64,000 nucleotides of DNA from Trueperaceae bacterium (GCA_965213925.1 OZ243927.1:4128001-4192000); one strand, 5' to 3'; positions 30,662 to 41,065 are shown, counted from the first letter of the stretch. Notes: a model not told the origin generated them from the letters alone. Numbers and translations are program-made.

Positions 30662-31297
30662 ATGAAAAAGGTTCTCATTATCACAGGTATCGTGCTCTTT
30701 CCGCTTACCTCTTTCGGGGCGGCTCAGACGGGCGGCTTCGTACAGGAGGAACCCCACGAGCACGGCGCGGCGGCGCTCTCCGTGGTGTTAGACGGCGAGA
30801 CGCTCAACATGGAATTCGTGAGCCCAGCGGTGAACCTCGTCGGCTTCGAGTACGAGCCCGCCACTCCCGAAGAGGAAGCGGCAGTCGAGGACGCGCTAGC
30901 GCAGTTAGAGGACGGTGGGACACTCTTTAGCCCCGCTGAGGCTGCGGGCTGTGAACTGTCGAGCCAAGAGGTCGAGCGGGAGGTCACGAGCGAGGGCGAG
31001 GAGCACGGCGAAGAGGACCACGGTGACGAGGAGCATAGTAGTGAAGAGACCGGGGGCGCGGAGGAAGACCACAGCGAAGAAGAAGGTAGCGAAGGCGAAG
31101 AAGGCGCAGTCCACAGCGAATTCCACGCCACCTACACCTTTACCTGCGCCCAGCCAAACAGCTTGGACAGCGTCAGCTTGCGTGAGCTTTTCGCGCTCTA
31201 TCCGGGCATCGAGGATTTAGACGTGCAGTATGTCCTCCCGAGTGGGCAGGGCGCAGCAGAGCTAAGCCCGACGACGGACACGCAGCTTACGTTCTAA
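30662..31297 (+). CDS. zrgA: ZrgA/DUF2796 periplasmic zinc-binding protein
   Basis: HEHG.A.L, SPA.NLVGFE, His/Glu-rich insert, HSEF.A.Y.F.C..P, F..YPG..L.VQ....GQ.A.EL. Confidence 0.85.
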   Translation: MKKVLIITGIVLFPLTSFGAAQTGGFVQEEPHEHGAAALSVVLDGETLNMEFVSPAVNLVGFEYEPATPEEEAAVEDALAQLEDGGTLFSPAEAAGCELSSQEVEREVTSEGEEHGEEDHGDEEHSSEETGGAEEDHSEEEGSEGEEGAVHSEFHATYTFTCAQPNSLDSVSLRELFALYPGIEDLDVQYVLPSGQGAAELSPTTDTQLTF

Positions 31298-31351
31298 AAC
31301 CGAGCGTTGGCAAAGCCAATTCACAGATGTGAAAGACGGTAAGGAAAAGGT

Positions 31352-31424
31352 AGCAATGAGTTGAAAGCAGTGAGCAATGAGTTTTGCTTTTTCACTTTCA
31401 ACTCGTTGCTCATTGCTTGCTTCT
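31352..31424. repeat. Inverted heptamer repeat array, copy 3
   Basis: AGCAATG AGTTGAA AGCAGTG AGCAATG ... TTCAACT CGTTGCT CATTGCT. Confidence 0.85.
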
Positions 31425-31474
31425 GAGAGATTTTTCTCTGTCTCGAGCGGACTGGATGAGGATACACTAGCGTT

Positions 31475-32221
31475 GTGACGGTGACGGACCCAACTTCAAT
31501 ATCGGTGGCAGAGACGCTTTCTCGAGCCGCTTTGGTGAAGCTCGAGGGGGTACGCTTCCGCTGGAAGCCGGGCGCACCCTCAGTGCTCGACATTGAGGCG
31601 TTCGCCGTCAAACAAGGCGAGAAGGTCTTCCTCAAAGGACCCTCGGGCAGCGGTAAGAGCACGCTCCTCAATTTGGTTGCAGGCGTCATCGTCCCGCAAG
31701 AAGGCACCGTCACGGTGGGCGATACGGCAGTTTCCACCCTGCGCGGAGCGCGGCGCGACGCATTCCGGGCGGACCACATCGGCTTCATCTTCCAGATGTT
31801 TAACCTCATCGCGTACCTCTCGGTGCTGGAAAACGTGACGCTGGCGCTGACCTTTTCAAAACGCCGCGAGGCGCGTACAAAGGCGTCGGGCGCGGCGAAC
31901 GAGGAGGCGGCGCGGCTGCTGAGCCGCTTAGGATTAGACGACGCGCTCGGGTCGCGCCGCGTGACCGAGCTGAGCATCGGGCAGCAGCAGCGCGTGGCGG
32001 CGGCGCGCTCTCTCATCGGCAGCCCCGACTTGCTCATCGCCGACGAGCCTACCTCTGCGCTCGACGCCGACACCCGCGAGAGTTTTATCCGTTTACTCTT
32101 CGAAGAGTGTGACCGCGCCGGAATGACGCTCCTGTTCGTGAGCCACGACGGGAGCTTGGAAGGGCTCTTCGACCGCAGCGTGGACCTGCGGGCGCTCAAC
32201 CGCGCACTGGAAGCTGCATGA
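31475..32221 (+). CDS. ABC ATPase, LolD/ZrgB-like
   Basis: GPSGSGKST, RD.FRADHIGFIFQ.FNL, LSIGQQQRVAAAR, ADEPTSALD. Confidence 0.9.
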   Translation: MTVTDPTSISVAETLSRAALVKLEGVRFRWKPGAPSVLDIEAFAVKQGEKVFLKGPSGSGKSTLLNLVAGVIVPQEGTVTVGDTAVSTLRGARRDAFRADHIGFIFQMFNLIAYLSVLENVTLALTFSKRREARTKASGAANEEAARLLSRLGLDDALGSRRVTELSIGQQQRVAAARSLIGSPDLLIADEPTSALDADTRESFIRLLFEECDRAGMTLLFVSHDGSLEGLFDRSVDLRALNRALEAA

Positions 32222-32261
32222 CTGGGAACGACACGATTGGGAACAGGACGAGGACCGACTG

Positions 32262-33527
32262 ATGCTCGTCAAGCTCCTCCGTTTGACCGTTAAGAGTATG
32301 CTCAACCGCGCGGGCACGACGCTCCTCACGGTTTTGGTCATCGCCATCAGCGTGACGCTCCTTTTAGGCGTCGAGAAGGTGCGCACAGAAGCACGCTCGA
32401 GCTTCGCCAACACCATCTCGGGGACCGACCTCGTGGTGGGCGCACGGAGCGGCGGGATGCAGCTCCTCTTGTACAGCGTGTTCCGCATCGGCGACGCGAC
32501 GAACAACATCACCTGGGCGAGCTACCAGCAAGTCGCTACGCATCCCAACGTCGCCTGGACCGTGCCCATCTCGCTCGGCGACTCGCACCGGGGCTTCCGC
32601 GTGGTCGGTACGAGCGAGGCGTACTTCGAGCACTACCGCTACGGGCGAGAGCGTCCTTTACGCTTCACGGCGGGCGAGCCCTTCGGCGGCGTCTACGACG
32701 CGGTGCTCGGCGCGGACGTGGCAGAAACACTCGGTTACACCGTCGGGCAGGAGATCGTCATCGCTCACGGTACGGGCGACACGACCCTGCTCGACCACCG
32801 CGATAAGCCCTTTAAGGTGGTGGGCATCCTGGCGAAGACAGGCACGCCCGTGGACCGCTCCGTCCACGTGAGCTTGGCGGGCATCGAGGCGATGCATATC
32901 GACTGGCGCAGCGGCGTGCCCGTTCCCAGCCAGCGCGTGAGCGCGGAGGAGGCGCGGACGCGCGACCTGACCCCGAACGCCATCACCGCTTTTCTAGTCG
33001 GCGTGGAGCCGAAAACGGCGATTTTCAGGCTCCAGCGCGACATCAACGACTATAGGCGTGAGCCGCTCTTAGCCGTGCTGCCTGGCGTCGCCTTGCAGGA
33101 ACTGTGGAACCTCTTGGGGGCGGCGGAGCGGGCGCTGCTGATCGTCTCGGGCTTCGTGGTGCTGAGCGGGCTCATCGGGATGCTGAGCGCAATTCTCTCG
33201 AGCCTCAGCGAGCGGCGGCGCGAGATGGCGATTTTGCGCTCTGTGGGCGCACGTCCCTGGCACGTCTTCATGCTGCTCAGCGCCGAAGCGGTACTCTTCA
33301 CGGTGGTCGGCTGCGCCTTGGGCGTCGCGCTGCTCTACGCCGCCCTCGCCGGGCTGCGCCCTTGGATAGCCAACGAGTACGGTCTCTACATCGCCATCAC
33401 GCCGCCCGGTCCCTTCAACCTCACCCTTCTCGCTGTCGTCATCGGCGCGGGCGTCCTCACCGGGCTCATCCCCGCGTACCGCGCCTACCGCAATTCGCTC
33501 GCGGACGGCTTGACGGTGCGGGTGTGA
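32262..33527 (+). CDS. ABC permease, FtsX/MacB-like (ZrgC-like)
   Basis: TISGTDLVVGARSG..QLLLYSVFRIG, PISLGDSHRG, ERRREMAILRSVGA, SLADG. Confidence 0.9.
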   Translation: MLVKLLRLTVKSMLNRAGTTLLTVLVIAISVTLLLGVEKVRTEARSSFANTISGTDLVVGARSGGMQLLLYSVFRIGDATNNITWASYQQVATHPNVAWTVPISLGDSHRGFRVVGTSEAYFEHYRYGRERPLRFTAGEPFGGVYDAVLGADVAETLGYTVGQEIVIAHGTGDTTLLDHRDKPFKVVGILAKTGTPVDRSVHVSLAGIEAMHIDWRSGVPVPSQRVSAEEARTRDLTPNAITAFLVGVEPKTAIFRLQRDINDYRREPLLAVLPGVALQELWNLLGAAERALLIVSGFVVLSGLIGMLSAILSSLSERRREMAILRSVGARPWHVFMLLSAEAVLFTVVGCALGVALLYAALAGLRPWIANEYGLYIAITPPGPFNLTLLAVVIGAGVLTGLIPAYRAYRNSLADGLTVRV

Positions 33528-33598
33528 GGGGAGTGGCGTGAAGAGGTCAGTTGGACGAAGAGGTAGGAAAGAGAATGCATCAGAATAGAGATTGCTTA

Positions 33599-33805
33599 AT
33601 ACTCTGTTAAGTAAATTCTGCGACGTTGTTGTCACCCTGTTCACGCAGTCAGACGAAGTCCGGCGAAGGCGTAAGGGTCTCGTCTTTCAATCTCAGCAAG
33701 AGGAGTCAGCAAGGTCAGAGATTCTTACGCTCCACTGCGTTCCGCAAGGCTCCGCCCGACTACGTGAACAGAATGACATCACTCGTTTTTTAGCTAACAG
33801 TGTAC
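33599..33805 (-). mobile_element. MITE family A copy 4 (reverse orientation)
   Basis: ATACTCTGTTAAGT...AGCTAACAGTGTAC, TTA on both flanks, core GTCACCCTG...GGGTCTC...GAGATTCTT...CAGAATGAC. Confidence 0.85.
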
Positions 33806-33943
33806 TTAATCTTATGTTCTGAATTCTTGCTCGAGAACTCAACCGACCCACATGACTTCGGAGCAGAGGATTTGAGCCACGTCAAGCACAAAGACATAAC
33901 AGCAAGAGAAGAGACGAGCGTCTATACTCAGGGCGTGGAGAGG

Positions 33944-34576
33944 ATGATGAACGTGAAATGGACGGTTACTGTACTCACAAGCCTGACGCTCCTGCTCGCC
34001 GCGTGTGGCAGCGAACCCGAAGCGGGCACGCCGCTCGGCTTGGCGCAGCAGGTCGCGACGAGGGCGTTCGAGACGTTGGAGCCCACCGCGCTCGCCTGGG
34101 GCAGCCTCATGCCTGCGGGTTACGAGCCTTCCTATCAGGCTTTCCCCTGGGAGGCTGAGGACAGCGAGGCGATGATGCGAGAGACCCTGCAGCGCACCCC
34201 GCTCGTCGAGGCGTTGGACGGGCAAGAGGTCAAGGTGTCGGGCTACGTCGTGCCGCTCTCGAGCGACGAGGAGGCGGTCAGCGAGTTTTTGCTCGTGCCC
34301 TTTTTAGGCGCGTGTATCCACGTGCCGCCGCCGCCCGCCAACCAGATCGTCTACGTCAAACCGACCTACCCACTGCCCCATGACGACGCGCAGGATGTCG
34401 TCTCGGTCGCAGGCACGCTCCAGGCACAGGGCCGCACCAGCGAGTTCGGCGCGGCAGGCTACGAGATGACGAACGCGCTGCTCGTCCCCTTCGACGAGGA
34501 GGAGTACGCGGGCGTCGCGCAGGGTCCGGTTGTTATTGACGGGGACGGAGCGCAAGGCGACCCTGCGTTCAGGTGA
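33944..34576 (+). CDS. DUF3299 lipoprotein (ZrgD-like)
   Basis: Lipobox LAAC; W..LMP, LDG..V...GYVVPL, EFLLVPF.GACIHVPPPPANQIVYV. Confidence 0.87.
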   Translation: MMNVKWTVTVLTSLTLLLAACGSEPEAGTPLGLAQQVATRAFETLEPTALAWGSLMPAGYEPSYQAFPWEAEDSEAMMRETLQRTPLVEALDGQEVKVSGYVVPLSSDEEAVSEFLLVPFLGACIHVPPPPANQIVYVKPTYPLPHDDAQDVVSVAGTLQAQGRTSEFGAAGYEMTNALLVPFDEEEYAGVAQGPVVIDGDGAQGDPAFR

Positions 34577-34756
34577 CGGGCAAGCAAACAGCATGTTGAT
34601 AGTGAAGTCCGGGGAAAAATCGCACCAAGGAGATAGGCGCGCGCTCCTCTTCTTTATATTCTTTGTAAGAATCAAAAACCTCGAGCCCACTTCAAATCCT
34701 CGAGCACGAACCTCATAGCCGGTCTGCATTAACTCTGCACATAAATAAAGAGGTGG

Positions 34757-34792
34757 AAAAGGCGTAAACTTGAAGGTGTGTTTACGCCTTTC
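34757..34792. terminator. Hairpin, probable terminator after the zrg-like operon
   Basis: AAAGGCGTAAAC...GTTTACGCCTTT, 12-bp stem. Confidence 0.5.
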
Positions 34793-34890
34793 TCATGTAC
34801 CCTTTGCGTCGTGTGCGACCTCAAGCGTTTCTTCATACAAGGGTTTGCAACGTGCGAAACGCCACATTTGTACCTTAAAAAGCGAGCTTC

Positions 34891-35577
34891 GTGGTTTACC
34901 CTAACCTCATAGTCGTTCTTGCTACTGCGCTACCGCCTCTTACCGACATTCCCTTTCTCGAGGTGGTGAGGCGCTCTTTGACGCTCGAGCGGGAGGTTTT
35001 CTTGCTAGTCCAGAGTGAAACGTGGGGTCTACTCGCGGTCGTCTTCGTCGTCTTTTTCGCGGGCTTTTCCGAGTCGTTGGGGCAGAGCGTCGTGCTCTTT
35101 GCTAACCGCGTCAAGCCTAGGCGCTTTGTGGCGTCGCTGGCGCTTTCAGCGGCTATTTTCCTCTTCAGTTACCTCTTCTGGACGCTGAGCATCTGGTTTG
35201 TCGGCACCTACCTCTACGGGCGCGACGTGCACTTCAACGTGATCGCAAAAGCGGTAGGGCTCGGCTACGCGCCCTACCTCTTCTCCTTTTTCGCGCTCGC
35301 ACCGTACTTCGGCGTACCGATCTTCGCGCTCCTGTCGCTCTGGAGCCTGCTCGCGGTTATCGTAGCGGTGTCGGCAACGTTAGAGCTGACCCTCATACAA
35401 GCCCTCGTGTGTAGCGCCCTGGGCTGGCTCCTCTGGCAAGCCCTGCAGCGCACTGTCGGACGCCCCATTATCGCCCTCTCCAAACGGCTCAAGCGGCTCA
35501 CGGCAGGCGTCCCGCTCACGACAACACGTCAAGAACTCCGCGATTTGTACAAAGAGAATAGCGGAAAGGATAAGTGA
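34891..35577 (+). CDS. Hypothetical multi-TM membrane protein (Yip1-like topology)
   Basis: About 5 TM helices; GQSVVLFANRV.P.RF, GLGYAP..F.F. Coupled to the next ORF. Confidence 0.75.
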   Translation: MVYPNLIVVLATALPPLTDIPFLEVVRRSLTLEREVFLLVQSETWGLLAVVFVVFFAGFSESLGQSVVLFANRVKPRRFVASLALSAAIFLFSYLFWTLSIWFVGTYLYGRDVHFNVIAKAVGLGYAPYLFSFFALAPYFGVPIFALLSLWSLLAVIVAVSATLELTLIQALVCSALGWLLWQALQRTVGRPIIALSKRLKRLTAGVPLTTTRQELRDLYKENSGKDK

Positions 35578-36557
35578 TGCCCTTTCCAGACCTCCTCACC
35601 CTCCTCGCCGTCCTCGTCGTCGGCTTCTTGATCGCGGGCATCCTCTCCCCTTTCGAGGCACTCGGCTGGTGGGCGGGTTGGTACGGGCGGCACCCCGAAG
35701 AGGAGGAGCACGTTGCAGCGCTCTATAGAGCAGATAACGCCGAAGGGTTCGTCGTCTTTTTGTCAGGTATTCACAGCGTCTCGGGCGAGGCGTACGCCGA
35801 GCGTGAAGTCGTCTTCTTAGAGCGTTTGCGGGAGAGGTTGACGGATAAAGTCGTCGTAGTAGACGATATCTTTCCCTACTCGGTGACGAACCGCGCCCTG
35901 ACCGGAGGGCGCATCTTCGCTAAGTTCTGGCGCTGGGCGTTAAAGCGCAAGCTGAGCGGACCCGGACTCGCCGGGGCGCTCATCAACTTTCGCAACATCT
36001 GGCAGGTTGCGGTTTCCGCCGACAGCCGCTACGGACCGATTTACAACCAGGGCTCTGCCGAGATGATCTCAAGAGGTCTAGAGTTGCACGGTTACGAACC
36101 CGCTAGCGGCGTCCCGGTGACGCTCATCGGCTATAGTGGCGGCGGGCAGATTGCGGTAGGCGCAGCGCCGCATTTGCGCTCGATGTTGGGCGCACCCATC
36201 AGCGTGGTCTCGCTCGGCGGCGTCATAAGTTCGGACCCCGGACTGCTCGCTTTGGAGCACGTCTATCACCTCTACGGGCGGCGCGACATGGTGCAGCGCA
36301 CGGGTAATTTTCTCTTTCCAGGGCGGTGGCCTATCCTGCCCTATTCGGCGTGGAACCAGGCGAAGCAGCAGGGCGTCATCAAGCTCATCTCGATGGGACC
36401 GGCGGACCACACGGGACCTAAGGGCTACTTGGACGCGGAGGCTTTTCTGCCGAACGGACAGAGCTACTTAGATGCGACTGTGGAGACGATAGCGCGGATT
36501 GTGGAGTCGGAAGAGGTCATGGCGGAGGAGCTGGGGTCCGTCGTGAGTTTTAGTTAG
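35574..36557 (+). CDS. Membrane-anchored alpha/beta-hydrolase-like protein
   Basis: N-terminal TM, LSPFEALGWWAGW, GYSGGG nucleophile-elbow motif, D and H candidates downstream. Confidence 0.7.
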   Translation: MMPFPDLLTLLAVLVVGFLIAGILSPFEALGWWAGWYGRHPEEEEHVAALYRADNAEGFVVFLSGIHSVSGEAYAEREVVFLERLRERLTDKVVVVDDIFPYSVTNRALTGGRIFAKFWRWALKRKLSGPGLAGALINFRNIWQVAVSADSRYGPIYNQGSAEMISRGLELHGYEPASGVPVTLIGYSGGGQIAVGAAPHLRSMLGAPISVVSLGGVISSDPGLLALEHVYHLYGRRDMVQRTGNFLFPGRWPILPYSAWNQAKQQGVIKLISMGPADHTGPKGYLDAEAFLPNGQSYLDATVETIARIVESEEVMAEELGSVVSFS

Positions 36558-36575
36558 AGCAAGGAAGGCTTAAAA

Positions 36576-36599
36576 GGGCGATTCATGAATCGCCCCTAC
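36576..36599 (-). repeat. GTAG-type REP element
   Basis: Minus strand GTAG-G-GGCGATTCATGAATCGCCC: a GTAG tetranucleotide followed by a perfect palindrome, between convergent genes. Confidence 0.75.
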
Positions 36600-36616
36600 A
36601 CGTAACTCAAACCTCT

Positions 36617-38195
36617 TTACCCCTCCACCGACATCAAGAACGGGTCTTCGATAATATCGCAAAGGAGGCGCATAAACCGCGCCGCGTCCGCCCCGTCAAT
36701 CAAGCGGTGGTCGTACGTCACGGACATCGGCATCATCATCTTGGGCTCGAAGGTCTCTTTCTCCTTGTTCCACACGGGCTCGACGCTGCCGCGTGACACG
36801 CCGATAATCGCCACATCGGGCGGATTCACGATGGGCGTGAAGTTCGTGCCGCCGATGCCGCCCAGGTTGGAGATGCTTAAATTTCCGCCTTTCATGTCGT
36901 CGGGACCTAATTTACGGGCTCGAGCTTTCTCCGCCATTTCATCTAAATCTAATGCGAGTTGAATGATGCCCTTCTTGTTCACGTCGCGAATGACGGGGAC
37001 GAGCAGACCTTGTTCCGTGTCCACCGCCACGCCGATGTTGACGTAGTGCTTGTAGACGACCTCGTTGTTTTCGGTGTCTAAGCTCGCGTTGAACTTGGGA
37101 TACTTCTTCACTGCGCCCGCGACCATTTTGAGGAGGAGCGCGGTCGGCGTCAGCTTGACGCCCGACTCTTGCGCCCGCTCCTGGTACTTCTTGCGCATGG
37201 CGTTGAACTGGGTGATGTCCGCCTTGTCGAAGTGCGTGACCATCGGCACGACCGACCACGCCGTGCTCATCGAGCGCACCGTCGCCTTGCGGATGCCGCT
37301 CATGGGCTCGCGCGAGGTCTCGCCGAATTTGCTGAAGTCGGGCAGGGGCGGCGCGGAGGGAGCCTGCTGCTGCCCTTGCGAGGGCTGCTTCTGCGAGGGC
37401 TTTTCTGCCTCTTCTTTCGTCGTACCGTCTTCGGCGTAGCGCTTCACGTCCTCAGCGGAGATGCGCCCCGCGACGCCCGAGCCCGAGACCTCTCGCAGAC
37501 TGACGCCTAGCTCCCGCGCCAAACGCCGCACGGAGGGGGCAGCAGGGATGGACTGCTTGTCCTCTTCGGGAACTTCGTAGGAGTCGGGGGCTTCCTGGGC
37601 TTCCTCGGCGTCGTCGGCGTCAGATGCCTGTTGAATGTCCTTCTCTTCCTCGTCCACGCTCTCGGAGGTTTCGTCGTCTGAGGTGCTATCATCGGCGCTC
37701 TCGTCACTCGAGGCTTCCTGCGTGTCCGAACCTTCGTCGCCAGAAGCTTCCTGCGTGTCCGAGCTGTCCTCCTCGTCCGCGTCGCCGTCATCGGCGCTCT
37801 TGTCGCTCGAGGCTTCCTGCGTGTCCGAGCTGTCCTCTTCGTCCGCGTCGCCGTCATCGGCGCTCTTGTCGCTCAGCGCTCGTCCTCTTCGTCCGCGTCG
37901 CCTCATCAGCGCTCGCCTCAGCTCCACTCTCATCTCCGTCGGCGTCCCCGTCCTCGTCGGGCTCGCCGATGGTGAGCACCACGTCACCTATCGCGACCTC
38001 GTCGTTCTCGGAGACCTTGATCTCTTTGACCGTGCCGCTGACCGACGAGGGAACCTCGACCACCGCTTTATCGGTCTCTAACTCCAAAACAGGTTGGTCC
38101 TCTTCGATCGTATCGCCTACCGACACCAGCACACCGACGACAGTGCCCGATTCGATGCCTTCGCCGACGTCGGGTAGTTTGAATTCAGTAGCCAC
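36617..38195 (-). CDS. aceF: Pyruvate dehydrogenase E2 (dihydrolipoamide acetyltransferase), frameshifted near 37875-37910
   Basis: Lipoyl domain (LETDKA) from GTG 38195 is in one frame. E3-binding ([14 protein letters not shown]) and catalytic (DHRLIDGA) domains are in another frame. Confidence 0.9.
37746..37874. repeat. 66-bp tandem repeat in the E2 linker ([22 protein letters not shown] x2, plus partial units)
   Basis: 37746-37808 and 37812-37874 differ at one base. Confidence 0.9.
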
Positions 38196-38313
38196 GTATA
38201 CCCCTCTCAAGCAGGTATCATCTGGTCACAACCGCGCTCCGCTAAGATAGAAAGAGTCTAACGCGCACGTTGAGGGATGATACTTACGCACTTTAATGTG
38301 ACACTACTAACAT

Positions 38314-38346
38314 AAAGAGGTAGACATTGTGGCGTCTACCTCTTTT
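38314..38346 (-). terminator. Hairpin/terminator between aceE and aceF
   Basis: AAAGAGGTAGAC...GTCTACCTCTTT, 12-bp stem. Confidence 0.65.
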
Positions 38347-38353
38347 CATAGGG

Positions 38354-41065
38354 TCAAGCGATATGCGGGTTGCGCTTGTCCGGGTCGATGCCCAAGTCCT
38401 CGATGGCTTTGGCGACGTCTTCGGCGTCGTAGTCGCCCTCTTGCGCCAACGCCTGCAGGGTCGCTACCACGATGTGCCGCGCGTCCACCTCGAAGTGGTC
38501 GCGGAGTTCTTCACGCGCCTCACTGCGCCCGAAGCCGTCCGTGCCGAGCGAGACCATCGGCTTGGGCAGGTGCTTGGCTAAAGCGTCGGGAAGAATTTTC
38601 ATGTAGTCCGAGGCGGCGACGAACACGCCCTTGGCGTCCTTGAGTTTGTCGTAGACGTAAGAAGTGCGGGGCTCTTCGTCGGGATGGAGGCGGTTGTAGC
38701 GCTCGACTTGCAGGGCATCTTCGTGAAGCTCTTTGTAAGAGGTCACGCTCCACACGTCGGCGGCGACTTTATAGTCTTCCGCCAACATCTCCTGCGCCTT
38801 TAAGACCTCGTTCATGATCGCGCCGCTGCCGAAGAGTTGCGCTTTGAGCTTTGAACGCTTGCGCTCGGAAGGCTTGAATTTGTACATCCCTTTGAGGATG
38901 CCCTCCTCGAGTTCTTCGCGCTCCAGGTGCTCCGGCGCGGCGGGCATCGCGTAATTCTCGTTGCCCACGGTGAGGTAGTAGAAGAGGTCCTCTTGCTCCT
39001 CGTACATGCGGCGGATGCCCTCACGGACGACCGTGGCGAGTTCGTACGCGAACGCCGGGTCGTACGCCTTCACGTTCGGTACGACGTACATCAGCACGTG
39101 CGAGTGACCGTCCTGGTGCTGCAAGCCTTCGCCCGCAAGAGTGGTGCGCCCCGCCGTGCCGCCGACCATGAACCCCTTCGCCTTCATGTCGCCGGCTGCC
39201 CAGATGAAGTCGCCGACGCGCTGATAGCCGAACATCGAGTAGTAGATGTAGAAGGGAATCGTGTTGATACCGTGCGTGGCGTACGCCGTGCCCGCCGCCA
39301 AGAACGACGACATCGAGCCCGCCTCGGTGATGCCCTCCTCTAAAATCTGCCCGTCCTGCGACTCCTTGTAGTACAAGAGGTTGTCGGCGTCTACAGGCTC
39401 GTAAAGCTGCCCGGCGTGCGCGTAGATGCCGATTTGACGGAAAAGGGCGTCCATCCCGAAGGTGCGCGCCTCGTCCGGGATGATCGGGACGATGAGCTTG
39501 CCGATCTCCTTGTCGCGGAGGAACTTGCCCAGGACGCGCACCATGACCATCGTGGTAGAAACCGGGCGTCCGTCGGTGCCCTTCATGAACTCGTCCAAAA
39601 TCTTCTTGTCGGGCGTTTGGATGGGCTCGCTCTTCACGGAGCGCGCGGGCAAGCCGCCGCCCAACTTGCCGCGCTGCTCGGTCAGGTACTCGTATAACTC
39701 CGAGTCCTTCTCGGGTCGGTGGAAGGGGTACTTGCCGATCTCGTCGTCGTCGATGGGGATGTTGAAGCGGTCACGGAAGGCTTTCATCTCCTCCTCGTTG
39801 AGCTTCTTTTGATTGTGGGTGATGTTCATACCTTCACCCGCTTCACCCAAGCCGTAACCTTTGACGGTCCGCGCCAGGATAACGGTGGGCTTACCCTTGG
39901 TCTCCGTCGCCGCTTTATACGCCGCGTAGACCTTGCGGGGGTCGTGTCCGCCGCGGTTGAGCTTGCCCAACTTCTCGTCGTCCCAGTCTTCGATGAGCTT
40001 TTTCAGCTCGGGGGTGTTGAAGAAGTTTTCGCGCAACTCTTCTGCGCCGTAGGCGGCGTAGCGTTGCGACTCGCCGTCCACGAGCTGCTCGAAGCGCTTT
40101 AAGAGGACGCCCTCTTTGTCCTTCTCTAGAAGCTCGTCCCACTTGCCGCCCCAGGTGACTTTGATGACGTTCCAGCCTGCGCCCCTAAAGGACGCCTCGA
40201 GTTCCTGAATCACTTTGCTGTTACCGCGCACGGGTCCGTCTAAGCGCTGCAAGTTGCAGTTGATGACCCAGATGAGGTTGTCGAGTTTTTCCCGCGACGC
40301 TAAGCCGATCGCACCCAAAGTTTCGGGCTCGTCGGTCTCGCCGTCCCCTAAAAACGCCCACACCTTCGCGTCGTTTTCCTCCTGCAGACCTCTATCCACC
40401 AGGTAGTTGTTGAACCGCGCCTGATAGATGGACATGATCGGCGCTAAGCCCATCGAGACGGTCGGGAACTGCCAGAAGTTCGGCATGAGCCACGGGTGCG
40501 GATACGACGAGAGCCCCGGTTCGTCCTGGAGTTCGCGGCGGAAGTTGCGCAAGCGCTCCACGTCGTAACGGTGCTCTAGGTACGCCCTAGCGTAGATGCC
40601 TGGGCTCGCGTGCCCTTGAATGTAGACCATGTCCGCGTCTAAACCCGCGTCGGGCCCACGGAAGAAGTGGTTGAAGCCGACTTCGTAGAGCGTCGCTGCT
40701 GAGGCGTACGTCGAGATGTGCCCGCCGATGCCGTCCGACATCTTGTTCGCCCGCACAACCATCGCCATCGCGTTCCAGCGCAAGAGGTTGCGAATCAGGC
40801 GCTCTTTTTCCAAGTCGCCCGGATACTCGGGCTGCTCCTCCACCGGAATCGTATTGATGTAGGGCGTATTCGCCGTAAAAGGGATGTCTACCCCGAAGCG
40901 GTGCGCGTGGGTCTCCAAGCGCTCCAAAATCTCCTGGACGCGCTCCTTGCCGGCGCTCTCCAACACGTAATCTAGGGACTCGAGCCACTCGCGCATCTCG
41001 ACATCGTTGAGCTTTTCGTGCTCTTCCGGGTCTAGCTCGTCGCTTCTTTTCGTTACGTCAGCCAC
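38354..41065 (-). CDS. aceE: Pyruvate dehydrogenase E1, homodimeric type
   Basis: [68 protein letters not shown]. Confidence 0.98.
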   Translation of the reverse strand: MADVTKRSDELDPEEHEKLNDVEMREWLESLDYVLESAGKERVQEILERLETHAHRFGVDIPFTANTPYINTIPVEEQPEYPGDLEKERLIRNLLRWNAMAMVVRANKMSDGIGGHISTYASAATLYEVGFNHFFRGPDAGLDADMVYIQGHASPGIYARAYLEHRYDVERLRNFRRELQDEPGLSSYPHPWLMPNFWQFPTVSMGLAPIMSIYQARFNNYLVDRGLQEENDAKVWAFLGDGETDEPETLGAIGLASREKLDNLIWVINCNLQRLDGPVRGNSKVIQELEASFRGAGWNVIKVTWGGKWDELLEKDKEGVLLKRFEQLVDGESQRYAAYGAEELRENFFNTPELKKLIEDWDDEKLGKLNRGGHDPRKVYAAYKAATETKGKPTVILARTVKGYGLGEAGEGMNITHNQKKLNEEEMKAFRDRFNIPIDDDEIGKYPFHRPEKDSELYEYLTEQRGKLGGGLPARSVKSEPIQTPDKKILDEFMKGTDGRPVSTTMVMVRVLGKFLRDKEIGKLIVPIIPDEARTFGMDALFRQIGIYAHAGQLYEPVDADNLLYYKESQDGQILEEGITEAGSMSSFLAAGTAYATHGINTIPFYIYYSMFGYQRVGDFIWAAGDMKAKGFMVGGTAGRTTLAGEGLQHQDGHSHVLMYVVPNVKAYDPAFAYELATVVREGIRRMYEEQEDLFYYLTVGNENYAMPAAPEHLEREELEEGILKGMYKFKPSERKRSKLKAQLFGSGAIMNEVLKAQEMLAEDYKVAADVWSVTSYKELHEDALQVERYNRLHPDEEPRTSYVYDKLKDAKGVFVAASDYMKILPDALAKHLPKPMVSLGTDGFGRSEAREELRDHFEVDARHIVVATLQALAQEGDYDAEDVAKAIEDLGIDPDKRNPHIA

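Noticed and set aside
34580..34750. Possible IS remnant downstream of the DUF3299 gene
   Set aside because: AT-rich with two CTCGAG sites, but no paired TIRs or transposase-like translation.
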